The translations under genes and the position numbers were made by a program. From sequence record SRR2962707_3118: a DNA stretch of 33,991 bases. One strand, 5' to 3'. The notes beneath the pieces are model-generated. The model made no database searches and was not told the origin of the DNA. It saw only the letters and a program-made list of their open reading frames with translations. This document shows positions 30,555-33,991 of this stretch, piece after piece (the stretch's first letter is position 1; every line of letters starts with the position of its first letter).

Positions 30555-31432
30555 CAACCGCTCAAACTGCCAAACCGGTAGCGTCGGAGTTTCCCTTCAC
30601 CGATACCGACTTTGCACAAATTGCCAGCGTAGCAAAATCCGAATTTGGCTTGAATCTTGCCATCAGTAAGAAACCTCTTGTTTATTCGCGTCTTGCGAAA
30701 CGATTACGTCTGCGTAAGTTGTCGACATTTCAGGAATATCTGTCGCTCTTGTCAAAACCAGATGAAGAGGCTGAAAAAACTGAGCTTCTTTCCGCACTCA
30801 CAACCAACGTCACGCACTTTTTTCGCGAAACACATCATTTTGAGACATTGAACAGCGCCGTTTTGCCGGGACTCTTAGCTCGTGCAAAGAATGGTGATCG
30901 GATTAGAATTTGGTCAGCGGGATGTTCTTCCGGGCAGGAGCCATATTCGCTCGCGTTATCTGTTTTAAGCGCGATGCCAGATGCAGATCGATACGATGTA
31001 AAAATACTTGCAACAGACATTGACCCCAATATATTGGATCGAGCTTGTGAAGCCAGCTACGCTAAATCAGAACTAGAAGCTATTCCAAAAACTATGCATC
31101 GTTTTCTCGATACTAGCGGTGGGGAAACCAACAATTTTAAAATTGGCGAAGCTACCCGAAACCTTGTGTCATTTGGCGTACTTAATCTGATATCGGACTG
31201 GCCCGTAAAAGGTCCTTTCGATGTAATATTTTGTCGAAATGTGACCATCTACTTTGACGCTGAAACGCAGCGTCGCCTCTGGACCCGTTTTCATAATGCT
31301 CTATCGCCTGCGGGACACTTATTCATTGGGCATTCGGAACGGGTAACGGGAACGGCAACACAAGCGTTTCGCAGCATCGGCGTAACATCTTACCAGAAAA
31401 TTCAACCCACGGTAAACGCCGGCGGGAACTAG
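30551..31432 (+). CDS. cheR: Chemotaxis methyltransferase CheR
   Basis: TTNVTHFFRE, WSAGCSSGQEPYS, ATDID, FDVIFCRNV, IGHSE. Confidence 0.97.
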   Translation: MTTAQTAKPVASEFPFTDTDFAQIASVAKSEFGLNLAISKKPLVYSRLAKRLRLRKLSTFQEYLSLLSKPDEEAEKTELLSALTTNVTHFFRETHHFETLNSAVLPGLLARAKNGDRIRIWSAGCSSGQEPYSLALSVLSAMPDADRYDVKILATDIDPNILDRACEASYAKSELEAIPKTMHRFLDTSGGETNNFKIGEATRNLVSFGVLNLISDWPVKGPFDVIFCRNVTIYFDAETQRRLWTRFHNALSPAGHLFIGHSERVTGTATQAFRSIGVTSYQKIQPTVNAGGN

Positions 31433-31441
31433 GAGACAATC

Positions 31442-31828
31442 ATGGGCTTGAAAGAATCTCTTCGTGTAATGGTGGTGGACGATATGTCCACAAGCCGGGG
31501 CTTGATCACCCAAGCACTCGACGAAATAGGTATCAAAAACTATCTGACTGAAAATAACGGCAAAGGCGCGTTGCAAAAATTGTCTGCAACACCAGTTCAT
31601 CTCGTTCTATCGGACTACAATATGCCCGAGTTGGACGGGCTGGGCCTTCTCAAGGCGCTCCGCCAGCATAAGCCAACTCAACGCATTGGATTTATACTCG
31701 TAACAGGAAAACCGACACCCGATATGGTGACACAAGCGAAAGCCTTGGGGCTCAATAATATGATCAAAAAGCCCTTTACTTCAGACTCGATGCGGCAGTG
31801 CATTGAAAGCGTGGTGGGGAAGCTGTGA
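31442..31828 (+). CDS. cheY: Second CheY-type response regulator
   Basis: VVDD, LSDYNMP, LVTG, KKPF; AGGAG SD. Confidence 0.92.
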   Translation: MGLKESLRVMVVDDMSTSRGLITQALDEIGIKNYLTENNGKGALQKLSATPVHLVLSDYNMPELDGLGLLKALRQHKPTQRIGFILVTGKPTPDMVTQAKALGLNNMIKKPFTSDSMRQCIESVVGKL

Positions 31829-32184
31829 ATTACCAAAACATCCCTCAGACGTGTTCTCCGCAAGAGATGGCGGCTCGCATAATTACCGAATGCAGTCTCC
31901 TGCTGACACGTGCGGGGCTTTTTGAACGTGAGGTTGAAGGTATTCTTTCGCGAGAAGGCCTTCGGGTGCGATCACAAACGATCAAATCCCTCCAAGAAAT
32001 TGACATCCTGAGCCAATCCATACAATCAATCTCGATCATGCTGGAGGCTATGCAGGAAAGCATGTCCGATGACGAAGTCCTGTGCCTACCCGAGCTCGTC
32101 GCGCGCATCCCGCTGCGCGACATGGCAATGCGATTAGCAGGTGCGGAAAATGATGTCTCGACCGAAGGCTTTACCGAGTTTTGA
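31825..32184 (+). CDS. Helical chemotaxis-operon protein with DxxxQ motif (CheT/CheZ-like candidate)
   Basis: GTGA overlap with cheY; LQEIDILSQ; C-terminal aromatic tail (FTEF). Confidence 0.65.
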   Translation: MNYQNIPQTCSPQEMAARIITECSLLLTRAGLFEREVEGILSREGLRVRSQTIKSLQEIDILSQSIQSISIMLEAMQESMSDDEVLCLPELVARIPLRDMAMRLAGAENDVSTEGFTEF

Positions 32185-32317
32185 GTCCTCACGCCTAACG
32201 ACTTTGATCTCTTCGCAGAAAACCGTCAAGGCAGTTTGAAAATTCCTGAAACTGGCAATTCTCACAACCCCATAGGTCATTGAGACCCTCGGAAATCGTA
32301 TTAGGAAAAGGTGCGGC

Positions 32318-33340
32318 ATGCAGATTTTATCAATCGTCATAGCGATGAGTGACGAAATGGAGCGTACCCGCCTCGCGGACGGATTGGGGGGTCGCCCAGG
32401 CTTCGCTGTGCTGCGCGAGACGACTGATCTCATGCAGACTTACACGATCGTAGAGGAAAAGTCGCCGCAGGTTGTACTGATTGATCAACACATGGCGAGT
32501 AGGCCGGAATTCGAGGTGATGCATGCACTTTTCAAGACACTGGACATACGATGGTTAGTTGTTTCCGCGCCAGACCGGCACAGGGTTGCCGAGCGGGTAC
32601 AACGCCCGCGATCTGACCTCTTTCCCGTCGAAACTGGAACCCCCATCAATCAAATTGCGGACACGATCCTTACAGTTACCCGTTCCACGCTGCGCCCGCT
32701 CGCGCGTCAGGTGGCCCGGCCTCAGTCGCTTGCGCTACAACGTGACGAAAAACTGGTCCTGATCGGTGCCTCCACAGGCGGTGTGGACGCCCTCATTGCT
32801 CTGCTGGGCGGCTATCCAGCCGATGGCCCGGCGACCCTAATCGTTCAACACACCGGTCGCGGATTTGGCGGTAGTCTCGCAAACCTTCTAGACCGGCAAT
32901 GCGCCTGCAAGGTAAAATTGGCCGAGGATGGAGAGGAATTGAGGCGCGGACAGGTTCTTGTTGCGGCCGGATGCAGTAAACACCTCCAACTTGACTGCAG
33001 TTCAATACTCCGCGCACGTCTGGTAGATGGGCAGCCACGAGGCGGTCACATACCTTCTGTCGACGTTCTCTTCGAATCAGCTATGCCGGTTGCGCGCCGC
33101 TGCACCGCAGCTTTGTTAACGGGTATGGGGCGCGACGGGGCCGAAGGCCTGCTCAAGCTTCGATCCTCCGGGGCAACCACATTTGCGCAAGATGCCGCTA
33201 CATCGACCGTCTACGGAATGCCACGTGCCGCCGCCGAACTGGGCGCAGCAATGTCCGTACTGCCCCTCGGCGGCATTTGCCCGGCGATCCTGAAATCCTG
33301 CGACGCATCACAGCGCGTCGAAATGCGAGAACGCCCCTGA
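32318..33340 (+). CDS. cheB: Chemotaxis methylesterase CheB with degenerate receiver domain
   Basis: IGASTGG, IVQH, HIPSVDVLF, LTGMGRDGA, VYGMP. Confidence 0.93.
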   Translation: MQILSIVIAMSDEMERTRLADGLGGRPGFAVLRETTDLMQTYTIVEEKSPQVVLIDQHMASRPEFEVMHALFKTLDIRWLVVSAPDRHRVAERVQRPRSDLFPVETGTPINQIADTILTVTRSTLRPLARQVARPQSLALQRDEKLVLIGASTGGVDALIALLGGYPADGPATLIVQHTGRGFGGSLANLLDRQCACKVKLAEDGEELRRGQVLVAAGCSKHLQLDCSSILRARLVDGQPRGGHIPSVDVLFESAMPVARRCTAALLTGMGRDGAEGLLKLRSSGATTFAQDAATSTVYGMPRAAAELGAAMSVLPLGGICPAILKSCDASQRVEMRERP

Positions 33341-33870
33341 TGCAGATGAAAAAAGAAGAGAAAATCGTCAACGTGATCCAGGGCGATTACGCGATCAGCT
33401 CCGATCCCAATATCGTCCTCACGACGGTACTGGGATCATGTATTGCAGTGTGCATGACGGATGCGACGGCCGGTATAGGTGGCATGAACCATTTCTTATT
33501 GCCGCAAAGGGATGGAAAAGCGGGTGAAAGTTTCCGATACGGCGCCTATTCGATGGAACTGCTTATCAACGGGCTTTTGAAACAAGGCGCGCGCAAAGAC
33601 AGGATGGTTGCGAAGGTCTTTGGGGGCGCATCCATGAACAGTACCTTGCGCGATATCGGCGCTTCAAACGCCGCGTTTGCGAAACAGTTCCTTATAGATG
33701 AATCAATCCCATGCATTGGTGAAAGCGTCGGCGGTACTGCCGCACGCCGAATTCGGTTCTGGGCGACTACAGGCCAGGTACGGCAGTTTGTGGTGCCGGG
33801 TGCTGTAGAGCCGACGCCAGTCGCTCCACCAAAGCCTGCTCGGGAAGCCGCAGACATCACTCTGTTTTAA
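33340..33870 (+). CDS. cheD: Chemoreceptor glutamine deamidase CheD
   Basis: TVLGSCIAV, GGMNHFLLP, YGAYSMELLIN, KVFGGA; TGATG overlap with cheB (alternative start 33346). Confidence 0.95.
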   Translation: MQMKKEEKIVNVIQGDYAISSDPNIVLTTVLGSCIAVCMTDATAGIGGMNHFLLPQRDGKAGESFRYGAYSMELLINGLLKQGARKDRMVAKVFGGASMNSTLRDIGASNAAFAKQFLIDESIPCIGESVGGTAARRIRFWATTGQVRQFVVPGAVEPTPVAPPKPAREAADITLF

Positions 33871-33991
33871 AGTTTCAGAGTTTGCCCTGGGTAAAGGTCC
33901 GCCGTGTATCGTGCCACTTCGTTTTTACGCCATGACCAACGCTGTGCCGAGAAGGGTACGACGTTCAGGCTGAACAACCTGATGCATTGAA

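Overview
High-GC alphaproteobacterial DNA; gene content and order suggest Rhodobacteraceae/Roseobacter group. There are four blocks. (1) 1-12008, housekeeping: 3' part of ileS, ogt, pheA, a membrane-anchored cytochrome c, the yejABEF ABC transporter, and a GcvA-like LysR regulator. Two coupled 45-aa ORFs that the ORF track misses are transcribed divergently from the LysR gene. (2) 12135-25679, accessory: cbpA-cbpM divergent from a complete N-type ATPase operon (atpDCQRBEFAG), followed by phaC, fabI, a maoC/phosphate acyltransferase fusion and ackA. Each of these three units has an FNR/FixK-type box exactly 22 nt upstream of a -10-like hexamer. This suggests one low-oxygen energy-survival module that links substrate-level ATP and an electron sink to an ion-pumping ATPase. 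(3) 25680-27100, decayed zone containing a deletion scar that joins an acyl-CoA (oxalate-CoA-like) ligase 5' fragment to a PanE-like 3' fragment. (4) 27251-33870, a lower-GC chemotaxis operon (STAS, cheY, cheA, cheW, cheR, cheY, DxxxQ protein, cheB, cheD) whose CheB has a degenerate receiver domain. I saw no tRNA, rRNA, CRISPR array, integrase or transposase. All family assignments are by motif recognition; no searches were run.
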